Below, piece after piece: positions 1 to 10,300 of a stretch of 30,290 nt of DNA. The stretch comes from a virus (lineage: Duplodnaviria; Caudoviricetes). A model generated the notes under the pieces. That model worked only from the letters and a program-made list of their open reading frames with translations. It had not been told where the DNA came from and did not search any database. Location of the stretch: IMG/VR virus record IMGVR_UViG_3300017761_001291, positions 1 through 30,290 of that record, one strand, 5' to 3'. The position numbers and the translations under genes were made by a program. How positions within the stretch are numbered: the first letter of the stretch is position 1; each line of letters begins with the position of its first letter.

Positions 1-1701
1 ACCTGCATAGGGAATAGTATCAACTTGTGTGCCATTTATAACTAGTTGAGCACCATTTGCGTTGTTGTTATTACTGTTACCGTATTTAATCTCAAGTGTA
101 ACATATGGGATTGGAGTTGGTGGGGTGTAACGAATTGGAACATTATTCTTACCTTCACCAGCACCTGTTAAGGCATAACCAGTGAATACGCTAGTATTTG
201 GAGAAAACAGAGTACCTGGCAAACTACCATCAGTATATCTTAGATATCTACTGTGAATAATATTGCCTGTATTTGCAACAACATTTGTTCCTACAACTAA
301 ACCACCATTTGGAGCCCAGCTATTATTAATAGCAGATGCAACTGTTTGTACATAAGGATCAGCAGTATTACCAAGATTTATCTGCGCACCCCATACATGT
401 ATGGAAGATGCACCAGAACCTGGTCCGATCGAAGTACGAATAGTTGTTCCAGGAAGCGCACCACCTTGATTTAACCATTGATTAGTTGCAGAAACACGAT
501 ACCATCCATTACCAACGTATTGTGCACTTGCTGACATGTAAGCACTAGATGCGGTACAAGAAGTTAGTACACCACTTGAATTAAATACTACGTTAGCGTA
601 ACCATCTTGATTACCACCACTAGCGTAGAAATAAACCAACTGTAAATTATAAGTACCAGCAACTGAAGTCTTTAAATACATACTTGCAGTATACGTATCA
701 CCAGGTACAAAAGTTGGTACAGTAACTTCTTGATAAGCTGGGTGCGTTGTGGCACCAGCAAAGGTTACTAAATCTGCTGTGGTAGATCCATCAGGAGCAG
801 CTATGGCATTTGCAGTAACGACTGGGGCTACTGCAGCTGCTGGTTTTAACCATGAAGCATTATCAAGTTCTTCTGAACGAACAAGTAAATTGCTTGGATT
901 GTAATTCTTACCAAGCATTACTCGGGAAGCGTACTGATTAAATGGTAGGTAAAAACCATTAGTACCATAACCACCAGTGTAACGCTTTGGTTGCCAAATA
1001 CCAGTAATAGGATCGGTATAACCAAAGTAAGATGGATCTAATGCTGCACCGTCAATTAGGATAGCTTCTGCCATGTAACCATCGAAAGGAACTGCGTAAT
1101 CAGTTCCGTTTCCAATTTTATGTACTTGCGTACTGTTCATATAAGTATTTACGTTTTGTGCTGGATAACTTCCACTTCGAAACGTAATTAGACTTCCGTT
1201 TATATAAACTTTTACTCTATCAGGCGCAGCTGCCCGAGTGGTATCATAAGCATGAATTATATGATACCATGCAGAAGGGTCTCTAAAAACAGGTGTAGAT
1301 ATAAGACGAGACTGAACACCACCTGTAAAATTTTCGACAACTAAAGTGTCTTGTGCTCCACCATCATTGTTCCAAACAGATTCAGTCAATTCACCAGCAT
1401 TACCTCTAGCAGAAAAAATACGCTGGTAATCGTTACTTATGGTTCCACGTTTAAGCCAAAGTGATAATGTCCACGTTGTTCTATTACCAGCAACAGTTGG
1501 TGTTCTACTAAGATGTGAACTTGTTGCTGCTCTAAATCTCAACGAATTTGGAATCTCATACGTACCACTACCAGCTGATTGCCATGTATTATTTCCTACG
1601 GCAGTATAGTTATCCTTAAGATCCCAAATACCATTGTTTGATGTTTGTGATAGTGCTACTGGGTTTCCAGTAATAGAATTTCCTGGGTATCTCTTAGACA
1701 T
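1..1701 (-). CDS. LamG/concanavalin A-like lectin domain virion protein (putative receptor-binding/fibre tip), 3' end runs off the window
   Basis: Not in the ORF track. Manual translation from ATG at 1701 is open to position 1 (567 codons): MSKRYPGNSITGNPV...NSLRFRAATSSHLSRTP..GNRTTWTLSLWLKRG...VFRDPSAWYHIIHAYDTT...RVKVYING...FDGYMAEAILIDGAALDPSYFG...GIWQPKRYTGGYGTNGFYLPF. The WTLSLWLK, WYHI and VYING motifs are typical of Laminin_G_3-type domains. Confidence 0.85.
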   Translation of the reverse strand, partial: MSKRYPGNSITGNPVALSQTSNNGIWDLKDNYTAVGNNTWQSAGSGTYEIPNSLRFRAATSSHLSRTPTVAGNRTTWTLSLWLKRGTISNDYQRIFSARGNAGELTESVWNNDGGAQDTLVVENFTGGVQSRLISTPVFRDPSAWYHIIHAYDTTRAAAPDRVKVYINGSLITFRSGSYPAQNVNTYMNSTQVHKIGNGTDYAVPFDGYMAEAILIDGAALDPSYFGYTDPITGIWQPKRYTGGYGTNGFYLPFNQYASRVMLGKNYNPSNLLVRSEELDNASWLKPAAAVAPVVTANAIAAPDGSTTADLVTFAGATTHPAYQEVTVPTFVPGDTYTASMYLKTSVAGTYNLQLVYFYASGGNQDGYANVVFNSSGVLTSCTASSAYMSASAQYVGNGWYRVSATNQWLNQGGALPGTTIRTSIGPGSGASSIHVWGAQINLGNTADPYVQTVASAINNSWAPNGGLVVGTNVVANTGNIIHSRYLRYTDGSLPGTLFSPNTSVFTGYALTGAGEGKNNVPIRYTPPTPIPYVTLEIKYGNSNNNNANGAQLVINGTQVDTIPYAG

Positions 1702-1728
1702 GTTGTCCCGTCTTATTCAAAAACTAAA

Positions 1729-2130
1729 TTAAGCAATTGTTTCGTATGAAGCAACAACCTCTAGATAACCTGCTGTACCAGCCTGAATTGCCAATGAAGC
1801 ATTTTCTGGTAGATAAATCGCACCAGCTTTATCAAGCAACATCAAAGTAGTATTTGCTGGAACAGAAATCTGATAAGCAATACGATACGCAGTACCAGTG
1901 GCTGTTGTCAGCGTACCATTAGTCACAGCGTTAGCTGAAGCCATGTACGACAAAGTAACAGTTGCTGCTGAAACACCATTTACGTTTGACACAAAGATGT
2001 TGTTTATTTTAAACACAGTATTACTTGCTGCTGCATTGCTAACAAGAGATACATTGTTTGTGTTTGTTAATGCTTGATATGCGATAGAACCATTGATGGT
2101 TGCTACGTTTACAATATTTGGGGCTGCCAT
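1729..2130 (-). CDS. Small beta-rich tail-fibre-associated hypothetical protein (133 aa)
   Basis: ORF with SD-like GAGGA upstream; beta-strand-rich MAAPNIVNV...LEVVASYETI; lies between the fibre and lectin genes. Function inferred from context only. Confidence 0.65.
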   Translation of the reverse strand: MAAPNIVNVATINGSIAYQALTNTNNVSLVSNAAASNTVFKINNIFVSNVNGVSAATVTLSYMASANAVTNGTLTTATGTAYRIAYQISVPANTTLMLLDKAGAIYLPENASLAIQAGTAGYLEVVASYETIA

Positions 2131-2148
2131 TTTTTATTTCCTCTTTGA

Positions 2149-2457
2149 TTATTCTGGTGATTGTTCTGCAACCCATGAAAGAGTTACGTTTTCTGGTTGA
2201 TTGTCAATTTGCTTGTTAACTTCATTAATATATGCAGCTTCTTCAGCTGAACCAATAGTAGTTTTAACTAAGTCAATAAGCTGTTCTTCTGTAGTTGATT
2301 GACTAAAAACAAATTCTTCTTTAGGGAAAGCGATAGAACTAATTTTAGATTCTGTAACACCATTAGATGCAGTAAGTTCCCAGGTAACATTATTTACAAC
2401 ACCAGTAGATTGGTCTGCTTTAACTTCAAGAACATTCCAAGTATAATTTGTAGTCAT
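2149..2457 (-). CDS. Acidic fibre-associated protein, possible tail fibre assembly chaperone (102 aa)
   Basis: MTTNYTWNV...GVVNNVTWELTASNG...TEEQLIDLVK pattern resembles small proteins I recognise as following fibre genes in aquatic phages; starts 5 nt after the fibre stop. Confidence 0.6.
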   Translation of the reverse strand: MTTNYTWNVLEVKADQSTGVVNNVTWELTASNGVTESKISSIAFPKEEFVFSQSTTEEQLIDLVKTTIGSAEEAAYINEVNKQIDNQPENVTLSWVAEQSPE

Positions 2458-2462
2458 TTTAT

Positions 2463-4100
2463 TTATCCTCCGAAGACTATTGCCATGGCAATTGCTTTAC
2501 CAGTTGATGCTGCAGTAGATGTGTTCCAAGTTGGAGCAGCATTACCATTAGATGTTAGAATCTGTCCAGATGTGCCGTAAGCAGAACCAGATGTACCAAA
2601 TGATATACCACCAGCAGAAGTAATACGTAACCATTCAGTAGCAGAAGAAGCATTTATAAATCGTGTACCAGCAGACCCACCTGAAAAACACAAGAAAGCT
2701 GCGCCATCTTGTGCTATCTCGTAGCCCGAACCACTAAAGGCACCTGCACTATTAAAACTAAGTACTCCAGCAACACTAAGTTTTTGTGTTGGTGTAACAG
2801 TACCAATACCCACGTTACCGCTGGAGTCGATACGCATTGCTTCACTACCTGTAGAAGCTTTGAATGCTAGATATCCACTAACACCACCAATACCTGCGGA
2901 AGATCCATAAATTCTTGGAGAGCCGTTATCCGCTCCACCCCAAGAAATACCATATCCACTTTGAGTGAATACTAAATCACTGGTTTTAGCTAAATGTAAT
3001 TGACTTACAGGTGAAGCAGTACCAATCCCCACATTACCGCTGGAGTCGATACGCATACGCTCATTAGCGTCTATGCCACCACCAGCGTCATCTCGTGTAC
3101 CAAATACAAGTGCTGTGTCTGGAGAAGTGTCTTCAGCAAGTGCGGCAACATAAGCAGCTACACCAGCAGTTGCTGAAGTATCAGATGTGTAAAACTGCAA
3201 TGCGCCATTTGGTTGACCATTAAGTTGCGCTGTATCTGTGTCAGTTATTCTGATGAGCGTAGTGCCGTACAGCGTAGTTCCATATATGGTTGCTGATGCA
3301 ACTGTTTGCGAAACGCTAACCGTATACGTGCCAATACCGCCAGTTCCTGTACCGAGGGCGGTTACTCTTGTATACGCTTGCACAGAAGTACCATAAGCCA
3401 AATCACCAACAGCAATTGTTCCGCTTGAGACAGCAGTTACAGTCATCGTTGTGCCAGTAATGGATGCTGTTACATTCCAAGTATTGTTGTTGCTACCAGC
3501 AATTTCAAGTTTGGTTACAGGGCTTGTTGTGCCAATACCTAAACGATCATTGGTATTATCCCAAAATAGGTTAGAATTATCTTGACTATAAACACCAGAA
3601 GTTCCAGCAAAAACAATAGAACCAGCAGTAAACGCTGTAGTAGTACCAGTACCACCAGTAGCAACACCAAGCGTAGTAGTTACGCTAAGAGTACCATCAG
3701 AACCAGAAGTAGTGACAAGACCATTAGTAGTCAAGCTACCAAGTTTCTTATTTGTAAGGGATTCTGTACCAGCTAGTGTTGCAAGAGTACCAGTTGTTGG
3801 TAGCGTTACAGAAGTAGTGGCAGTGGCAGTTAGTGTAGTGGCAAATGCGCCAGAGGTAGTAAGATTACCACCTAGCGTAATTGTCTTACCACTGTTTGCT
3901 ACACCAGTACCACCGTATAGACCAGCAATTACAGTAGCATTCCAAGTACCTGTGGCTAATGTACCGACACCAGTTACACCACTTAGGGCACCAGCATAGG
4001 TGGATTCCAGTTTATCCGTGTTTAAATTACTAAAGTTAGTATCGACTTCCGTATTAGTTAACGGAGAACCTTTAGTGGCTCTTAAGACTAGTGTTGACAT
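2463..4100 (-). CDS. Tail fibre protein (545 aa)
   Basis: Gly/Thr/Ser-rich; N-terminal [22 protein letters not shown] anchor-like motif; recurring (E/A)[14 protein letters not shown] and RLGIGTTSP trimeric fibre motifs; [11 protein letters not shown] shaft motif; SD AAGGA upstream. Confidence 0.85.
   Translation of the reverse strand: MSTLVLRATKGSPLTNTEVDTNFSNLNTDKLESTYAGALSGVTGVGTLATGTWNATVIAGLYGGTGVANSGKTITLGGNLTTSGAFATTLTATATTSVTLPTTGTLATLAGTESLTNKKLGSLTTNGLVTTSGSDGTLSVTTTLGVATGGTGTTTAFTAGSIVFAGTSGVYSQDNSNLFWDNTNDRLGIGTTSPVTKLEIAGSNNNTWNVTASITGTTMTVTAVSSGTIAVGDLAYGTSVQAYTRVTALGTGTGGIGTYTVSVSQTVASATIYGTTLYGTTLIRITDTDTAQLNGQPNGALQFYTSDTSATAGVAAYVAALAEDTSPDTALVFGTRDDAGGGIDANERMRIDSSGNVGIGTASPVSQLHLAKTSDLVFTQSGYGISWGGADNGSPRIYGSSAGIGGVSGYLAFKASTGSEAMRIDSSGNVGIGTVTPTQKLSVAGVLSFNSAGAFSGSGYEIAQDGAAFLCFSGGSAGTRFINASSATEWLRITSAGGISFGTSGSAYGTSGQILTSNGNAAPTWNTSTAASTGKAIAMAIVFGG
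2798..3056 (-). repeat. Two 40-bp direct repeats (2798-2837 and 3017-3056) encoding [13 protein letters not shown]
   Basis: Coding strand ATGCGTATCGACTCCAGCGGTAA(T/C)GTGGG(G/T)ATTGGTACTG; 38/40 identical, both differences synonymous; 219 nt apart. Confidence 0.9.
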
Positions 4101-4106
4101 TTTTAC

Positions 4107-4337
4107 TTATCCTTTTATGCGGGGCTGCAATAATGCTGTTAGCATCTGTTTGATTTCACTCAAATCTTGTTTTATGTTATTTATTTCTTCTGCCTGATTT
4201 ACGATTTGTTCTTTATCGGACAGTAGGGATTCTCTTCTACGCATGTAGTTATCATAGTCTGCTCTATTAGTATTTAGGATTGCCATAGTGGCAGGATCCC
4301 TAACTAATCCAGTATTTCCTTCAACTTTTATATACAT
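4107..4337 (-). CDS. Small conserved T4-like phage protein with C-terminal coiled coil (76 aa)
   Basis: MYIKVEGNTGLVRDPATMAILNTN...EEINNIKQDLSEIKQMLTALL (heptad pattern). Start moved from 4352 to ATG 4337, which follows the upstream stop directly (TAA-T-ATG) and avoids the overlap. Confidence 0.75.
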   Translation of the reverse strand: MYIKVEGNTGLVRDPATMAILNTNRADYDNYMRRRESLLSDKEQIVNQAEEINNIKQDLSEIKQMLTALLQPRIKG

Positions 4338-4338
4338 A

Positions 4339-7300
4339 TTATGCGCAAGCAATGATTCTCAGATCTTTAATTCTTGGAGGTGCAGAACTATTAGTAGACT
4401 GCATTACGATCTTAACAGCGATAGAATCAAATGGTACTAGGTTTTCTTCAGAGTAATCCACATCATAGAATGTTCCATCGCCATTCTGAACTTTCTTAAT
4501 AGGAGCATCTGGAGAACTTAATGTCCAGTTAATCAATTCTACGTCCTGAGTAGATCCAACTGGACTGGTTTTATAATATACCAATACATTTGATTCACTT
4601 GGGCAGTTAGTAGCAAGTCTAATTCTAAAGAAGTTAGATGGGTTTTCTAGTTTAATCGCTTTCGAGATATATTTATTAACTGAAGAACTACCCTTTGGAG
4701 AGATCTCATCTACGAATAGAGTTCTTAGTTTAACTGTGGTTCCACTTACAGCAGATTCAGCTGTAAAGTTATCAGTCTTAAGAACAGTAATAGTACCAGT
4801 TGAAGTTCCATTTCCAACCACTTTAGTAACTAGGTAAGTACCATTATTTCCAGCAGTAGTTGAACCTGAGATAGTTACGTATTTACCAACAGAGACAGTT
4901 TGCATTAGAGCACAAACTGCAGCATTGGTAGAGTTAATAGTTGCAGAATTACCAGCGTATGTTAATACTAATGTTCCGCCAGTAGTTGTGTACGTTAAAC
5001 CAGTTGGAGTTCCTGCAGTTGTAGTAATTGCGGAACCACCTAAACTCGCAGATAATGTAAAGGTAGTTGTACCATTTGTTGTAATAATATAATATGTAGT
5101 ACCAGTTGCGTAGCTAGTAATAGAACCAGTACCACCATAGCTTCCAGTAATAGTTATTGGTTGCCCCAAAGATAAAGAAGTTGATGTACAGCTAAATTGT
5201 CCTGCAGTTCCAGTAATTATAACTCCAGATAATGTACTATTTAATGGTGTATTTGAAACACTACCTACAGTATGATCTGGAGCCGAAGTTCCTGTAGTTC
5301 CTGCAACAGTTACTGTGTAAAGATTTCCAGCAAAGAATACCTGATCACCAGCAACCTTAGCAGTATTTGCTGTCCATGCAGAACCCACGTTGGCAAAAGT
5401 ATAAGCACCAGTTGCACCAGTGAATAGAGTTCTATTATCTAGATCAGCCACATTGATATTATCTTCACGTGGATTATTAATCTTATTGGAAATAGTAATC
5501 AAGGATGTTCTGTGAGTATCAATAATAGGTGTCACAGAACTATTTGTTGAAGAGATAGTTGCTTGCAAGAATGCAGTCTTAGATCCAACAAAAGTTGATT
5601 GGTTAATTGTTGAAGCAATAACTCCAGGATAATATAGGTAGTTACTATTGTTCGGTGTAACACCAGCATATTCACCAAGAGTATATGGACTTTCTGATCC
5701 ATCTACTGATTTACCAGAAGTTCCTTTGAAGGTAAAACTACAAGTAGTGTCTGGGAAATTCTGTGCTTGAATACTTGGTTGGATTACATCATAGATTACA
5801 TTATGACCAGCACGAACTGTATCACCACCAGTGTAACCAGTAGTTGTAGCATTTGTAGTTACTGTGATTACGTAAGAATCTAGATCAACATCACTGATAG
5901 TATGAGTGATTGCAATACCATTAGTATCTTTATAAAGTTCAGTTACTGGAATACCATTTATTGGGTTTGCCAATTTCCATGTAAATCCAGTGGCAATAGT
6001 TGCAGAAGCATTGTTTCTCAATACCAATGAAGTATCGGTTGTAACTCCATCAACAATACCAATAAACTTATTATCACTGGCACGGAATAATGCACAACCA
6101 GAAACTGTAAAGTCATCGATAAAAAATGTGTTTACACCAGTAACTCCAGTGCTAGAAGATGATGTAGTAATAGTACCACCAGAAGAAGCAACTCCAGTAT
6201 AAATTGTGGTATCAATATTGTCAAATTGAACTCTAGATCCTGTAAATAATCCATGGTCACGATGCCACACACGAACCTTATTGGTTCCACTTACAGTTTC
6301 AAAAGGATCTGTATCAATAACAGGGGTTGTAAGAACGTCATTTGTAAATACAACACTGCCAGTTACCAGTGTGTCAAAGTTTGCACGGTAAACAGTAAAC
6401 TTCAAGTCTTGATCTTGGTTTGCTGTCCAAGTAGAAGCATTCTGCGACTTAAAGAGAACACCAGCATATGGTTGTTCAGAAATAGTTCTTGAAGAAGCTG
6501 GAATGACATCACCCATCTGACTAATCCAAACTTTGTAGTTATTTGAATCAGATGCTAGAACGATACAATATTCTTCACCATCCTGAACATAAACAGGTGA
6601 TGGGAAAGTAAAGGTAGTTGGTGTGTCATACTTTGGAAAACTAGATCCAGATCCATCAGTCATTGCAACAGTAGTTGCCGAAATATTAACCTGACTTGAG
6701 TTCAACGTAACTTCAGAGAACGGTAAAATACGTTTACCTGGATAACCATTTACAACATCACGAATTTGTAATGTTACAGGAAGATTACTGTCTTTGGTAG
6801 CGAAGAAAATATCTACTTTACTTAAGAATGCACCACCTTCATTTTGAACCAAGAATGTTTGAGCCAATGGATCATACCATCCAGTATCACGTTCAACACG
6901 TTCAAGAGTGCGAGTAATAGTATCATTCTCTGCAATAATTTCTTGGATAATATGAGCATTGCGGATTGAAAGAACAGTTTGTTGTTTTGTCTCTAGAATA
7001 CCAGTCGCTTCATATTGAGTTTTAGCAGAAGATGATTGTTGACCATCAACAGTACTTACGTCAAGCAATTTAAATTCACGAGTACCAGTTCTAAAATTAA
7101 TAGAACTATTATTTGGAATATGATAGATGAAGTTTAAATCACCGATAGAGTTAGTCACAAGATTAGCACCCTGAGACTTATTATTTTCTTTGGCAGTTAA
7201 AGTACCAACAGCACCAGAGATTGAACCAGCGATTTGTTCAGAAATACTAAATGTACCTTTAATATTCATTACATGAAGAATTCTGATTCCACTTTCTTCA

Positions 7301-10300
7301 TTATATTCTTTACCAACAACAACAGCAGTTGCACCTGATGTAGCACCAGTAATTACGTCACCAACATTCAAACACATATTACCAGCATCGTCGGCACTTA
7401 GTACACCAGAGATATTATTAATAACACGAGCAGTTGAAGAAGCTAAACTACCAGAGTTCTTTGCAGTTTCAAAATCAGTTGATGTTAAAGAAGGTAGTGT
7501 ATATGTAAAGTACGAAGATGGTGTGCAATAAGGTGTTACACTGATATTATCAAAATACGGATAGAATTTTGTATTTGGTTTTAACTTCTTAACCTGAACA
7601 AGAATATTTCTACTACGGATATAAGGAATCAACGCTGTTGAAATTATCTTGTCATCAACAACTTGTCTTTCCATTTGAACTGCAAGAGTTGATTTAACAC
7701 CAGTTCTAGATCTAGTTCCAGTTTGAGCTGATTGGGAAACATAAACCTGACGTGCTGGAGCCGATTGCCCTTCACCGCCAAAACGCTGATTAAATTGGTC
7801 CACATTAATATATGTGGCACCCTCTTCTAATGCACGTTGGTTTGCCCAGTTATCACCAGTTGTATATTGAATTAAAGATCCACCAACTGGGACTGGTTGA
7901 CCGATCCAGTTTACTTGCCATGCGTTCCAGATAGTTCCAAGAATACCAGCTTGTGTTGCAAGAGCAGCAATAGTATTAAAGTTACCTTCTACGTTACGAA
8001 CAATATCTGGAGCACGATTAACTTCAAACCAATCATCAGAAGATGGGTTCAGACGAATATCGCCAAGGAACGTAAAGATAGCGAATGGGTTAATGTTCTC
8101 TAGACGAGAAGCATATTGTTGCGTAACTAATGGTACATGTGGAGTTGTAGCATTTAATGGCAGAGTAATTACATCGCCATAAACTTTATACCCAGCTGTT
8201 GTACGATCTCCATCGTTTGATAAATTCTCAACAAGATTTACGTTGTCCATTACGTAGAATGGACGTAGTTCACCATTCTGCATATCAACAGAGCATAGGT
8301 AGTCTGGAGATAATACATTACCAACATTATGGCCAGTGAACGCATCCACAACGAAACCATTTTTAAATCTATCAAGACCAGTAGAGTCTGTGATAGTAAG
8401 TCCCTTTGTTTCTTGCTCTAACAAAGTTAAAGAAGTATAGTACTCTAAATTATCAATACGCTTTTCAAGTTTACCGATATCACGCATGGTGTATCGTTTG
8501 TTATCAACCTGATCAATAATTAAGTTTGCGTTTGTTGTTCCAAAAGTGTATGGCTCAAGAGTAAGTTTATACAGAACCATACCAATTGATGGATCAACTG
8601 GCTCTGATGGTATTAATGCAGAAACACCAGAAACCGCAAAGAATGCACCGTATGGAGATATAGCAATTTTATCCTTACGTGATAGGTAGTAAGAATAATC
8701 TATAGTAACATCTTGACCACGTTTAGGTGTCATGGCAAAGGATGATCCAGAACCAGAGAATGTTGTTCCTGCATCACCAATACGTGGACGGAAATCTAAT
8801 ACATCTCGTAGTGATACACTATTGTACGATGGAATATCTTTAAGAGCAACAGTTGCTGGATATGAGTTTACTGTGAAATAATCACCAGATGAATGAGAAA
8901 AATGTTCAAAGGTTACAGAGATTCGAGCAGATGGTGGTGAATATGAATGTTTCAAAAACAAACGACCAAGATCGTAATGAGTATCTCTTTGACCATTATC
9001 AAAATCATAACGATCAAGAATGTCAATAGTGTATGTTCCTGCTGGAGAAGCAAAAGAACCACTGTCCATTAATATAGATTTAATTCTTAAAACATCAGCT
9101 TTACCAAGCGATAGAATTGCTCGAGTTGCTGCTGCTTGTGTTGTATATGTTTGTGTTACCGTTGTAAGAGTCTTTGTCTTTTCCCCACCATCAGAACCAA
9201 CTTTCTTAACTGTGGCCATGACAATAAAGTTAGTTGATGCGTATGTATCTGGTAAAGTGAATGTAATAGAAGAAGCACCACCAGCACTAATAGAAGTTGG
9301 TTTTACAATAGTACCACCAGAAGTAGCATCATACCATGCCACAATATAATTGTCAGTTTCTGTTGAATCCGCAAATACACCAGCGGCAGTATTAATGGTT
9401 AATGTGCAAGAACCACCAGAACCAGAAGTTGTTGTTCCTGAAATATATTGCATTCCATAGTAAATAATCTGCTTTACTGAATTAGCGTCACGAACAGATT
9501 TAATTGCGTAATTTGGAAGTGGGAAAACTAATCTATTGTTTTGTGGCTCTTCAACTTTAGTAGTGATAAGGTAAATAATATCACCATCAGCAGTAACTGA
9601 AGAATCAACTACAATAGTACCATTGTTTGTAATAGTTGTAACTCTACGAATATTGGTAGAAGTATTTGGACCAATGCGAATATAATCGCCAACCTTTAGT
9701 GCTGGGCTAGTAGTTGTGCCACCTTGCCATGCGGATCCAATACCAATTAAAGTGGTAGAAGCACCCTTAGTTGGATATGAAGAATAAGTTGTTGCAGAAC
9801 CAACCAATTGATTAGCAATTGGATAGATATCAGCAGTAAAGTTTAAATTGGTATCTGAACGACTATAGAAGAATGATTTAACATCTCTGTTAAAGTCAAG
9901 CCCAGTTGTCATGGTAACATCGAATAGATACAACTTGTAAACAGCACTTATTGTTCCCAAAGTTCCACTATCCCATTCAATACCACGAACACGTGCAGTG
10001 CCTATTGCAGTTCCACCAGAAGGTAATACACCCACTGAAGAAGTGAATCTATTGTAGAGAGTAATCGTTGGCATACCACTTGCTGAATCAAATGGCGGCA
10101 ATGAATTGATATTGGCAATGTATACAAAATTACCAATTGCCGTCGTTAAATACGTATCAGTTGTTTGAACAAAGTCACGTGCTTTTGGAACAGTAACATA
10201 TTCAGTAGCGATCTTTTCGATCTCATATCCCTGAACATATGCCTTTCCTGGTTCCATACCAATAGCAAGTTTAGCTTCAAGACCACCAGCTTCTGGTGTA

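Noticed and set aside
2460-2466. ATAAATA at the fibre stop as a late promoter
   Set aside because: Only 2 nt from the next ATG and largely made from the TAA stop plus an A/T spacer; cannot be distinguished from chance.
2798-3056. Possible diversity-generating retroelement TR/VR pair
   Set aside because: Repeats are only 40 bp, both in-frame in one gene, and differ at synonymous non-adenine positions; no reverse transcriptase in the window.
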